64,000 nucleotides of DNA from Acanthaster planci (Eukaryota). The notes beneath the pieces were generated by a model. That model was not told the DNA's origin. It saw only the letters and a program-made list of their open reading frames with translations, and made no database searches. Each line of letters starts with the position of its first letter. Position 1 is the stretch's first letter. Location: positions 3,098,864 through 3,162,863 of the forward strand of contig NW_019091360.1 in assembly GCF_001949145.1 (NCBI RefSeq). Direction: 5' to 3'. Of this stretch, positions 12,401-23,385 are shown piece by piece. Position numbers and translations under genes: made by a program.

Positions 12401-15400
12401 GTTAGAGCGGGGACTCCGGCAGGTTGTACTGGCATATGATAGCGTTATTTTGAAACCGTTGTGATCAGCATTACTCAGATATAAAAGGTCAAGGAGATGC
12501 TTTTTATAAACTGTTCCGGCAGCCAGGTGAACCAGTTCAGTTTTTCAAAAGGGCAAAACCAATAAAGAACAGAGCATGTCGTGTGCGAGTCAGCATAAGG
12601 CCCGTACAAGTAGCGCAGTAAATACGTCAAGCACACATTAATGTGCAAAAGCATTGATCTCCATTATATAGACTCGATAGGACACCGCGCATTGTTGATG
12701 CACAAAATGCGCGGCCGATCAATGACGGCGCCTCAGGAGGATAATGTGATGCTGTATGCTGTGCATTTCTGGTCAACATAACCTTTTCCTCATGGGAGGA
12801 TGGCTAAGCTCTCGGCCTCGCTCCCGAAAACAAGCCAAAAACAAAACCAGAAAATGCAAGAATAGGCCTATCATTTCCGGAAATAACTGACCATTTTCTT
12901 ATTAACTAACCCACTCGAAAGCGATAATGTTAACCTGTTTTTGTGTGTGTTTGCTTATAATTCATTTTTTACACCTATTGTCTTCGGTCTCACTTTAGCA
13001 ATATTTTCGCTTTGGGTCGGTTCAATCGTGGTTTGTTCAGTGTGTAAAACTTTGCGAATTCCACCAGGACATGCAATAGGTTTTGTACGTCAGTAAACAT
13101 GATGTCTAAACTGTCCATTTATTTTTCCGTCCGGTTTCGATGAGCCAACACTGAAATAATCATCAATAAAATGATTGTTATTTTTCACACTCTCAGGAAA
13201 AATTGCACTAAATAAAATTCATTCAAATATTGATTAAATTGTATAGAAAACCGACATGAGGCATACGAAAGTGTGATAATCTTTTCTGTGAGCACAAAGT
13301 GAGTGCAGCTTGAAATGAGCGACCAAACTAACTTACTGCCGTTTTAAAACAGACACTTGTTAATCAGCTTAAAAAGTTGAATTCACAACCTGACTTAAAG
13401 ATTTACATTTAACAACTACTTTCCAGCATAAAAGAGCCAGTTTTAACTGAGAACGAATAATTTTCTTATGTAGACAAAGTTTCTCTCATTGCGTTAACTT
13501 GGAACTCCCTTGATTGTAACTTCATTAACAGAAGCGTCAGCACTCTGCTTCTCACTCTCGTTTCATCTCGTTTCATCGTTTCATCGAAGAAGAATTCTGT
13601 CACTCATATCACATCGTCGGTCACACGATTTGGGTTCAGTGCGTCTGTAGATCCGACAAACACAAATCCTGGCGAGATTTTTCCGGTGAAATCTGGGGGG
13701 AAAAATAAGAAAATTAGTCATTCAGTTTTTGAAACCACTTTTACCAATAAATAACATTTCAGACGGTACCAACTTCGAGATAGTGAAGGTTTATAATACA
13801 AAGCCTGATAGGCTACAGATAGACTGTCATAAATTTCTTACTAGGCCTACATAGGCTTAAAGTTAAGCATTATAAAGTTCAACTTGAGAAACTTTCTGAA
13901 ACTAAAAAAAGTGCGACTCACATTTCCTTCTGTTCCGTCTTCCAAACTTGACGTCAATCTCCGGTAATTCACTGCTGCGTACACCTCAATCATTATTCTT
14001 TCCAAATTTATCCATTCCAAGAGTAGAATTCAGTTTTTCTTCAAAATCTGACGATTAAAGCACGAAAACCTTACTTAACTGGTTTTTGAAACTCCATTTG
14101 AAAGTACACAAAATAAAATTCGCAACGCTTGTTATTTACCCTCCTGAAAACACGCATAGGGCCTACGCGGGACGCGTTTTGGACGCGATTTCCTATCCAG
14201 TCTGTGTCATGGATTTCAATGGCAAAAAGCTTTAGCGCGAGAACCAGCGCGTGATCGCACACGACACGTACTCTAGTCGTTTGTACTTCCTCGTTCAAAA
14301 TGACGTAACAATTCGGTGCTTTATGGAGTACCATAAAACTTTCGCTGTACTTTTTCGTAAGGTCAAATTTGCTTCAACTTCACCTGAAGTATGAACCGGC
14401 CTTAATTTTTGTATGCAGTGGGACTGGTTTAAAACTGAAGTGACGTCACACTTACGAACCGGGTTGTGATTTGCCAAATTAACGCATACCTTATACGTGT
14501 ACTGTAAAACGCGCGCACAGTTGTGACGCCCATTTCCCCCACCATATCTTGTGCCTAGAATGGGTTCATAACGTCAATAAAATAAGATTTTCGGCTAACA
14601 GCCAGTCGGAATCTACTGTAACTGTTCCTGCCGTATGTGGGCTTAGATAAGGGTGATCCTTGAAAATTGTTCGTTTTTTGCCTTGTTCTTTGGCCCAGAA
14701 ATAAGTTGGCAAAGGATAGTGCTACGCTCTGTCTACTCGGCATTGGTGCTCTTCGTGGCCGTTTCCTTGCCCAGTTTCCCGGTTTACTTATCGGTCGTTG
14801 GGGGCGCCCTGTCCGCCACCGTCAATGGAATTCTTCCGACTGTTTTATACTTCAGACTGTGCAGCATGGAGCCGCCAGTCGGGGCTACACCAGAGTAAGT
14901 TGTTTTCACCTGCTGATTCAAATGCATTGCCTCACTTGCGAACCAGGGTTCTTTCAGGCCCTTGTGTCCGAACCTGACAATATGGCCTCTTTGAATCAGT
15001 GATATTGGCTTGCTGGACGGTAAAAAATTGCAATACAGGCGATTCACAATAATCAATAGCGCGTCTGCACCTCCAAGTAAGAGTTTGCAACGTGTTGACC
15101 AATCACAATGCGTGAAATCTGTCGACCCAATCCGTGTTTGGGAAATGGTCGACAGATTTCGCAGACTGTGATTGGTCAAGCACACGTTGCAAACTCTTGG
15201 AGGTGCACTATTATGAATCGCCCGTATGAAAATATATACTATAGCGAACTTAAGGTTTAATTCGACAGCCAGAACAAAAAGCAATTCCTGCAGTGGCACA
15301 ATGCCCGTGGACAGGTAATACGCGTGTTACATACCTCTTCGATCAATAGGGTGTCTTGATTTGCCAACATGCACGCGCACGTCAAGCTGGGAATGTGCGC

Positions 15401-15745
15401 GTGAATGCAATGCCCCCGCAGTTAGGGTGCCTAAAACCGGTCCAATCAGAAGACGTCAAAGTACGAGGTGACCAGACGGTTTTCCCGAGTATGACCATTA
15501 TTTCAGTCAGCAAGTGCTTGTTGAGCAACCGTATACGTCATACATTGGAAAGCGAGGTTCATTTTTATAATTCTTTTTCGTATATTCACCCATGCAGGGG
15601 GCCCTTAAGATGGCGTCGAATCCTCCTCATCGCCACTGTCTTTTTGGTATGTATGTCGGGGGCAGTTTTGTCGACAGTCTCAGGCATTTACAACGTTCTA
15701 CAGAACAGCCACAATATGACTTTACCTTGCTACATGCAACGTTAA
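6334..15745 (+). CDS. Amino-acid transporter, Aa_trans (PF01490; AVT1/SLC32-36-38-like) family; 8 coding exons, 459 aa
   Basis: Exons 6334-6444, 7998-8097, 8838-9012, 9790-9978, 10276-10517, 11970-12188, 14699-14894, 15598-15745. All introns GT-AG, phases 0,1,2,2,1,1,2, total 1380 nt with no internal stop. Family motifs: IGGGLVWFPKAL..GW, YPSIGYETFG, GTPKD, AFGGQFVFPTLQHDMKCP, NPVFQDLED, LPSF..YLSVVGG. Confidence 0.92.
6935..7157. mobile_element. MITE with about 55-bp imperfect terminal inverted repeats and an internal tRNA/SINE-like B-box fragment
   Basis: AGGGAGAG...TTAATATTGGATTTTTGCCCTGCCCGACGTGTATTTTAAC pairs with GTTAAAATACACGGCGGGCAGGACAAAAGTCCAAAATTAAT...TCTCCCT. Internal minus-strand GGTCTTGGGTTCGAGTCCCACCCGACC at about 7040-7066. 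Confidence 0.65.
7998..8097 (+). CDS. Aa_trans transporter coding exon 2
   Basis: CATCCAG acceptor, AHRKLRVPVVVFIIIGKVIGGGLVWFPKALSNT, GTAAG donor. Confidence 0.9.
8161..8295. mobile_element. Partial copy of the palindromic MITE family also found at 15034-15226
   Basis: Shares TGCACC.CCAAG.GAGTTTGCAACG.GTTG.CCAATCACAATG...GTCGAC...GTCGACA.ATTTCG...TGTGATTGG.CAA. Confidence 0.65.
8838..9012 (+). CDS. Aa_trans transporter coding exon 3
   Basis: GWVGFLVMLIALATSTCTGVFLARSW...FPYPSIGYETFGVVG, GTGAGT donor. Confidence 0.9.
9790..9978 (+). CDS. Aa_trans transporter coding exon 4
   Basis: RVTSILVGMYAFGFTVALYLVAADSL...PLLWFGTPKDM, GTAAGT donor. Confidence 0.9.
10276..10517 (+). CDS. Aa_trans transporter coding exon 5
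   Basis: GIGIAMGLATVISALG...AFGGQFVFPTLQHDMKCPADMQVSGILGYL, GTGAGT donor. Confidence 0.92.
11970..12188 (+). CDS. Aa_trans transporter coding exon 6
   Basis: VGVTYFAIGLSAFLVYGN...NNPVFQDLEDFLHIPY, GTGAG donor. Confidence 0.92.
14699..14894 (+). CDS. Aa_trans transporter coding exon 7
   Basis: ISWQRIVLRSVYSALVLFVAVSLPSFPVYLSVVGG...LYFRL, GTAAGT donor. Confidence 0.92.
15034..15226. mobile_element. Palindromic MITE, TA-flanked
   Basis: TACAGGCGATTCACAATA...TGCACCTCCAAG..AGAGTTTGCAACGTG pairs with CACGTTGCAAACTCTTGGAGGTGCACTATTATGAATCGCCCGTA. Confidence 0.7.
15598..15745 (+). CDS. Aa_trans transporter coding exon 8 (last)
   Basis: GPLRWRRILLIATVFLVCMSGAVLSTVSGI...PCYMQR-stop. Candidate poly(A) signal AATAAA at 15869-15874. 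Confidence 0.88.
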
Positions 15746-17388
15746 GTGCACATTCAGCAAAATGCTGCTTTTAAAGACTTTGAAGGGTTTAATTGTAAGG
15801 AGGATCTGACGTCGGCGAGTTGACAATCAAGCGACAACGTGCAGCAGTACTCTCCTCAATTTTTCAAGAATAAATGCCATACAAAGGTCAACATATAAGA
15901 CATACCACCAAAAAGTCTGTCGTTTTAATATTCACTGACACAAAATTAATGATCAGTGGCATCCACGTTTTATGTCAAATACGAACTTGTTAAGGCCGCC
16001 AAAGAACTGGTTTTCCAGTAAGTTTAGAATGATGTGTGCTTTTACATGCAAATTTAGGATTACTAAAGTGAACAGTAACCCTCGGCGCATTATTCCACAC
16101 CCTTGGTCTTTCTGAAAAAGTACCAAACTTTGACATTTTGCAAAATTTACTCGTGCTAAACTTGACAGTAAAGGCATTACTCCTCTCATGCCTTTGAATA
16201 GTCAGAATGTAACAAAAGTAGTATTTACGCTTATTCTTAACTTAATTATAGTTAATCTAATATATTATATTATCTACAATGAATCATGCATCTGAAAGAT
16301 CGTGAGTACACTGACCCTTGTATAGGGATAAGATAATGCCTTCTGAAATTTGTTATTCTCCTTAAAGTAGAGAGTCGAAAAATTATTATAACTACATGTA
16401 AAAAAATGAATTAAAAAAAAACTGGAAAAGATTGGACAAAAGACAAAAGATTGAAGGAAACGTCCCAAAACCAACGACTTCATGTTAACAGATTGGAAGA
16501 ATATAAACCAAAGTTTGGAAAAAATATTAAGATATAACAAATCACACATTTCAAATTATTCAAAATATGAAACTGGACTTATATGAAATATGAAACTTAT
16601 TTTTACTTTCTTTCTTTCTGTTAGAAGTTGGAGTTGTCACATAGTCTTCAGGGATCACGAATGCTACGGACCTTAACACTTAGAGAGCAGAAAATTGTTC
16701 TAAGTTGTAATCGCTTATCCTACCACTTTGCCATACTGTGAATTACTAATTTAAGAAATTGATTCATTACGTCATCGTGGAGAACAACTGGTCTTAAAGC
16801 TTGCAAAATCGTCACTTGTATCTGACAGGCATCGCAATATTTCTTGCCACCTCAGAGTAACTTATATTTCTCCCAACATACTCACAGGAATTCGTGCTAA
16901 TTGGAACAGTTGAAAATAAGGACTCTCGGGTACGAAACTTCACCAATTCTGTCAATGATTTGCTTATTAAACTGATTTATGTTTTTAATAGCTATATTTT
17001 ATTGTTTTGTTTTGTTTGTTTGTTTGTCTTTTTTTGTTTTATGACTTTTTATGTAAACCGAAGTGTATAAGTCCTTGGACTTCTTCTTTGGTGGTGTTTT
17101 ACAATAAACCTGATTTGAAGTTGAATTTGGAAAGGTCACCTCACTTTCAATTCCAGATGACCAGCACATGGATACAGTTTATTAAAGTAGAAATCTGTGC
17201 CAACTCATTCTTCCTCTTTTAAAGTAGGCCTAAAAGAGATAGGAATCTTCTTCCAAAATAAATCATCGATATCCCGTCACATTAGATTCTTAGAACACTA
17301 TTTCAAAATCTCATCTTAGATCCAAACTGAACCTTGGCTACTCTCATTTTTGAAACCTCAAAGTTTTCGGGAGAAAAACAACGAAGTA

Positions 17389-18711
17389 TTAATAGGGTTT
17401 ATGTTGGGAGGTGGGCATGTCCCGACCTTGGGTCGTGTAAGTTCGCAAAGAGGGCGCCCTTCCGCAATGCGCCTGCTCAGTCGAGTCTGCATCTGCCAGC
17501 ACGCATTCCCATCGTGCATCTGGCGATATCTTCTTCTTGCAGAACCTGTTGACCCCAGCCTCGACAGTAAGAACCAGTGGGCTGACGATTGTTGCAATGG
17601 CCACAACCAGGAATACGTTATCGTAGTTGTTAGTCTGGTCGTAAATGTAGCCTGAATGAAAAAAAAATTATAACAAAATAGAAAAAACGTTCAATATCAT
17701 AAATGTTATTGTTATAACTGACGAATTTACTTGCTATCTTCATTTTAAGTAACAGGTTAAATGATGGAAATTTCATAATTTTAAACATCCGTTTCACAAG
17801 CAGATTTATTTTGAAAAGAAAAGCCTAAAATTGCCCGGACTGGACGCACACGTCTTTTTACTGACAGAACAAATAATGATTTTTTTTTTTAATGCGAAGT
17901 GCTGATCCTTACTATATGGGAGTCAACTGCTTTTGGTGTAAATTATTTAATTACAAGCAACAGTTTTAGAAGACACCAAACAGAGACAGAACCGAAATAC
18001 ATGTAGTTTTATCTCCCTATCTTTGAATATGCCCTCGTGAATGATCTGATATCGCTGAAATATAAAACCCAAAATTCAGTACGATTGCCTACCTGGTACA
18101 AACCCAGCCAATAGTCTCACCACAGCGGAAGCAACACTCGCCCAAGCCAAGCTGTTTGCAAGCCGTTGGATCCCAGCTACTCTACGCATGACGACGAGGA
18201 ATAAGGAATCAGAAATACCCATGCTCGTGCCCAACACAAACTGTCCAGCGGCCATGGCAGGAACCGTGACCATGCATCAAGTACGAGCACAGTGGCAGAC
18301 ACAAACATCGACAGGCCCACCCCAACTCTCCTGGAAACCACCTTACGGTCAATCAGGGGACCATTAAAAATCTTTCCCACTAGGCTCCGTATGCCGTTGA
18401 TGGTACCCAATAGGGAGACCTCGAACTTACCGAAGCTCATGTCGATGGCGCGCGGCACAAAGTAAATTGTCCAAGCACTGTATGTGAATCGTACGCTGCA
18501 ACAGATAATAACAACAAGGAAGGAGAACTCCTTAAAGAGAGACACATCAGATGCTTTCACAAACTTTTTCATTACCGAGTTGACTGTGGCAGCAGAACGT
18601 ATAAGCGGCGATCTGACTGGCGATCTTCGTCGCTCGTCCCTGGTCTCGTCTCGCTGTTTTTTGGCCAAATGCATGCTTTCTCGCCTCCCATCATAATATG
18701 GCAATTGCCAC
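17389..18711 (-). pseudogene. Monocarboxylate transporter (SLC16/MCT-like MFS) pseudogene or fragment: C-terminal half only, frameshifted
   Basis: Exon about 18711-18093 (DVSLFKEFSF...WTIYFVPRAIDMSFGKFEVSLLGTINGIRSLVGKIFNGPLIDRK...) has a frameshift near 18270 (LDAW to VTVPAMAAGQFVLG). It splices in phase 1 to last exon 17651-17389 (GYIYDQTNNYDNVFLVVAIATIVSP...), matching the SLC16 G.LYD.T..Y...F motif. No TM1-6 exons were found upstream. Confidence 0.78.
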
Positions 18712-18789
18712 CTTGAGAAAAATGGGCTACGTTAAGCCCCATTTATCGGGGGGCAGGGAGTAGACAGTAGCTTGTCCATCTTGGGTGCA

Positions 18790-19775
18790 AGAGGTCTGAG
18801 GTCTCTTTTAAGAACGATGATTTCATCGTCATTAAGAGGGTGGACAAGGCTGGCGCTACGGTGGTCTGGCGTCAAGATTTGTATGTCGCTGAAGTGGAAC
18901 GTCAACTGTCTGACGTTACGCTAAGGTTGACCACGACCTTACACAAGAGTATCAAGAAATTGTTGCTAGCCCTGTCTGAGGTTTCATTGACTCTGGTGAC
19001 CTCCCTCCTAACGCAACCAGATCTAAACTAGTCGTTCCCAATCCACGCACGGCAGTCTTCTATTTGCTACCCAAAATTCACAAATCCGGAAATCCAGGGC
19101 GTCCCATTGTGTCTGCTTGAGGTTGACCCACTGAATTGATATCCAACTTTCTTGACACCATTCTAACACCCATTATCAAAACGCTCCCTAGCTATGTCCA
19201 GGATACTAATCACGCTCTAAGCTTGTTTGACGAATTCACCATGGATCTGAAAACACTTTACACATCCATTCCCCACACGGGTGGTTTGGCTGCGCTCAAA
19301 CACTATTTAGATCTTCGCCAGACTCAGGATCCTCCCACCACTCTGCTCCATCTGGCTGAATTGGTGCTCACGTTGAACAACTTCGCGTTCAACGGTGAGC
19401 ACTACATTCAGACCAATTGTGTGGCTATGGGCACACGGATGGGACCAAGTTATACCTGTCTGTTTCTTGGCCACATCGAGGAGCAGATGCTGACCCAGTA
19501 TCCGGCCGTGCAGCCCTACATCGATTGTATTGTTGGAGCTTTCACTAGTACGTGTGATGACATTGTGAATTTTGTAGCGTTTGCGGATGCTCTTCACTCA
19601 GCACTGCGCTACACGTGTGATGTGTCACATCACTGTGTTAACTTCCTCGACGAGCGCGTCCAGACCTGCGAGCAGAAACTTGGTACAGCCGTACCTTACA
19701 AACCCACAGATTCTTACAGCTAAATTTAGTACCAGTCGTCTCACCGCCTTAAATGTAAGACCTCCATCCCTTAAA
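18790..19775 (+). mobile_element. Decayed Penelope-like element reverse transcriptase
   Basis: Motifs across frames: IVIKRVDKAGATVVW..DLYVAEVERQLSD, PRTAVFYLLPKIHKSGNPGRPIVSA, LPSYVQDTNHAL, TMDLKTLYTSIPH, AMGTRMGPSY.CLF, YID, FLD, YKPTDSYS. Contains stops, frameshifts and deletions. Confidence 0.88.
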
Positions 19776-20655
19776 ACAAGTAAGCCTTCTTTGCCAAGAC
19801 ATATAGAGGGTGGCTTCCAAGCTGGGGGAAAAGGCTGGGGCCGTCTTCTGGGATCTCACTATTGCGTACCAGGCTGCATGGACTGCACGTGAAGCTCCTG
19901 GAGACCATCCCAGATAAGCACGGTATGGTGAATTCATTATGGAGATTCTCCGACACAGTGACCAACGAAGCAGGGTGAGGCAAGTCAAGAGCGGCGTTCC
20001 AGGGGCTCTGTGCAGGCTCAAATCGTTGTTAAATCTACATCTATTGGCGGCCAGCAACCCAGTCGAGGAAGTATGGTTATGCAGACGACGTGGCGAGGCT
20101 ACTCATCGAACCACCCTGCAGTGAGAAGCAGTAGAGAACTGAGGGCCTCACCGAAGACATGGAGATCCTGTTAACGCGGCGCCTTGAGCTCAGTCTGGGT
20201 AAGACGATGTCATCGATGTTTCACCTGTACAAAAAGGAGCATCGCATGAGATAGCCTTGGTCAAAGCAGAGAGCGAGGACAAGGCGTTCGTCATTCGTCT
20301 CAGCGCAGCGCGCACCTGCCGCTCAAATCAAGGCGAAGAGCAACCTCACGCAGTCAAGAAATATGCAAATCAGCTGAACCAGGACAAGGTTCAGCTGATT
20401 TCGCCTTGATTTCGAGCGGCAGGTTGCGCGCTGCCGCCCTCTAGCTACGATGCGACGAATGACGAACGCCTTGACCAAATTAAGGCTATACCGACGTCGT
20501 GGTAGACCAAGCCTTCCGCGCCTGCAGTACAGTCCCAATTCGTTCCAACATACCTCAGTGTGAAGCTGGATAGAACGCTGACTTTCAAACAACACTTGGA
20601 AGACTTCAACGCCAAGACGACCGCCCCAGTCGCGTTGATACGCCATCTTGCGTTT
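19776..20655 (+). mobile_element. Decayed non-LTR retrotransposon RT fragment (Ingi/Vingi- or Nimb-like LINE), interrupted by a MITE
   Basis: Fragments across frames: QDIEGGFQAG.KAGAVFWDLT, HGLHVKLLETIPDK, QVKSGVP.G, KYGYADDV, LSLGKTMSSMFHL. After the MITE: PTYLSVKLDRTLTFKQHLE...VALIRHL. Clade assignment is from recalled similarity. Confidence 0.78.
20252..20488. mobile_element. Palindromic MITE inserted at TA within the LINE fragment
   Basis: TAGCCTTGGTCAA...CAAGGCGTTCGTCATTCGTC...CTGCCGCTCAAATCAAGGCGAA pairs with TTCGCCTTGATTTCGAGCGGCAG...GACGAATGACGAACGCCTTGACCAA..AAGGCTA. Confidence 0.75.
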
Positions 20656-21049
20656 CACTAGAAGAGGGATCCAAGATATGTCAAGGCGGTTTTCAAGTTC
20701 CCCAAAACGACTGTCAATTTTTGTCATTATTTAGACAAAAGAATCCCACAAATAAAAGTGGTAGGTCTATTACTGTTTCCAGAATACTGGCGCTCAAAAA
20801 ACAACAACAACAAACAGAAAGAGGTCATGTCTCCACCCCCCCCCGTGAGCTGCATAGGCCTCCAAATAATGGAATGAAGATTCAAGGAGAGGTGTGGGCC
20901 TACTTAAAGAACACTTGCAGTCAAATTAAAGCCGGTAGTTACTTTTTAATTAATGCATAGATAGGGGTTCATCTTATTCTAACACTGATGAAATGTGACA
21001 TGTGTATGAAGAAAGCTATACACTTTTTGACAATGTTCATCGCTAGCCT

Positions 21050-21400
21050 GCCAAAATGAATTCAGTATTAACTTTAGCTCCCCTCCCCCACAACACGGCG
21101 CAAACGCTGTTAGGGTTCTCCTCTTGGCTGACAATAGAGGGCGTAAATAAAAAATGAAATTGTTTACTGGTACCATGGCTGCTGCGCTTCTGCGCGCGCT
21201 GCACGTCGCGTCGGTACGGTAAATAAGTCCTGTCACTTGTCACGCCGGCGTCATGGAAAGTGACCTTGGTAATTATGTCATGTATTTATGATGATTTGAC
21301 GTTTCTGGATTATGACCAGGCATCTATCCAGTTGCTGAAGCTCAGAACCATAAGTTACATGGTTAACTAAGTATGTTTTTCATGCTGGTTATTTGTAGTG
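21050..21400 (+). promoter_or_regulatory. Putative promoter / non-coding first exon of the NWD gene
   Basis: Local CpG-rich patch just before a long CpG-poor, TACATGTA-rich stretch. Candidate donors GTAAAT at about 21219 and GTATGT at 21371. The first coding exon has an acceptor upstream of its ATG, so an upstream UTR exon is expected. Confidence 0.35.
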
Positions 21401-22884
21401 CTCACCACTGGCTCGGCGGCAATGCACTAGAATTCTAGTCCCCGACTCCCGGGCCTACTATACTTTGAGAACTCAAACTCACTACTCCGTCGTTAGTATG
21501 TGTGTGACTCTGAACCAGTGCAGTTTATATGGTGCCGTAACGGTATGGCGTTTTGCAATCGATCTTGTTAGGTGGTGGAGCAAGGCTAGCCTACATGTAT
21601 TTAATCAAATTTTCCCGTGACTGAGAGCACACTTGAGTAGCTGTACTGAGTGCAGCGTAAGTAATAGTAGGTCCTAATATTACTCTTTTTATTATTTTGG
21701 ACGGGATCACATCCAAAATCATAAAAAGAGGAATACTAACCCTCCACTCAGTGGAGCAACTTGTAAGCAGTGTACACATGTAGGCCTACATGTACACATA
21801 CATGTAGGTACATGTATGTGTAATGAAATTGTGAAGTTTTAACAATATTAACCAAATATGTCACATTTGAAAGAGCGTGAAAAATACTTCAGAATGATGT
21901 ACAATGTATTATTTGTTGGTACTGGGCGAGTATTAATGGAGATATGATTTTTTTTTAGATTTTAAACCAATTTTTTTTCTCCTCCAAAAATAAAGAAACT
22001 ACTGAGACCCCAAAATGCTTCAATTCTGTTAAGCAGCAATTTGGCAATTTTACCAGTTTCTCTGATGCTTTGTAATAGGTAGTATAGATATTTCATACTC
22101 CATCGTTGAAGCATCATGCTGCAACTGTACCACCAATGCATTAACAACAAATTAACCGTTTGATTAATCTTTGTTAATAGGGTGTAATTACATGTAATAT
22201 GAATTTCCTACTGGGATATCACTTTTTTTGGTACTTACATGTAGGCATCACTGTTTTTGTCAGATTTGTATCGTGTTGCAACTGTACAGACAATGCAAAT
22301 TTAAAGAAATTAACCAACGTGACAAACTAAAATGAAGCCAGTAAAATCCATGGTCATCCGCTTTGCAATTGGGTATTTCTTCGTAACAAATATTGAATGA
22401 AGACTGGGCATAGTTACACATCCAAATGTATTTTGGTTCTGATCATTAGCTACATGTCTTTTAAAAGCATATCGCACAAATCGTGCTCACCTCATGGCTG
22501 GCATGTTTTGTTGGCCAAGCGCTACCATTACTTTTACGGATTGCAGAAAAAAATATGCGACGCAGTGACTGAACAAATTTCCACAGAAATTGCCACAAAT
22601 GTAGATTAATATAAGTAGATTCCATAATTCAGGGTTTTATTAGTAAACAACCCTTCTTTCGAGAAAATAATCGATGACATTCACAAGCGTAGTTTTCAGG
22701 TGATGACTTTTGAAGCTTCTGAAGGTCACACAAAACCAAAACCAATTTATAAGCAAGCAAGCAATAGCCAATAACCCAGAGGCTCTGTTGCCCAATTGAT
22801 TCAGAGAGGGTCCACGCAGTAGCAACGAAAAGAGTGCCCTCTTTTCCCCGCGATTTCACGTACATGTAGTTACAGCATAGGCCA

Positions 22885-23385
22885 AGCTCTTAAAAAAGGA
22901 GGGAACAATTTTTCAAAGTATGAGACCAAGTATTTTTTTTTTTAAATAAGATTTTTACTCACCAATCTCTCGCTTCCACCTGCCGACGATCGCTCCGTTC
23001 ATGCTGAAAGTGTTTATCAGATTGCACATGCGTTGTGAGCCCACCAATGGCCGCGCTTGCGACCGTCCTAGGTGGACCATTTTCGGTGGTGGGAGTAGGC
23101 CTAGCTTGTTTTTATTACATGACCGCCATCAGAACATGTAACATGTGACTCTGTTGCAAGGGCCCCCGCCTTCGAAAATAGTCGAACCCAGATGTGGAGC
23201 AGGTGCAGCCATTGGTGGGCTCAACGCATGTGTAATCTGATAAACACTGTCAGCATGAACAGAGCAATCGTCGGTGAGTGGAAGCAAGAGATTGGTGAGT
23301 AAAAATCTCCCTTTTTGTTTTCAAAAAATACATGTATTAGTACTCATGCTGTAAAACCGTGTTCCCTAATTTTTTTAAGGGCTAT
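22885..23385. mobile_element. About 500-bp foldback MITE with long imperfect inverted arms
   Basis: AGATTTTTACTCACCAATCTCT.GCTTCCAC...CATGCTGA.AGTGTTTATCAGATT.CACATGCGTTG..AGCCCACCAATGGC pairs with GCCATTGGTGGGCTCAACGCATGTGTAATCTGATAAACACT.TCAGCATG...GTGGAAGCAAGAGATTGGTGAGTAAAAATCT. Confidence 0.75.
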
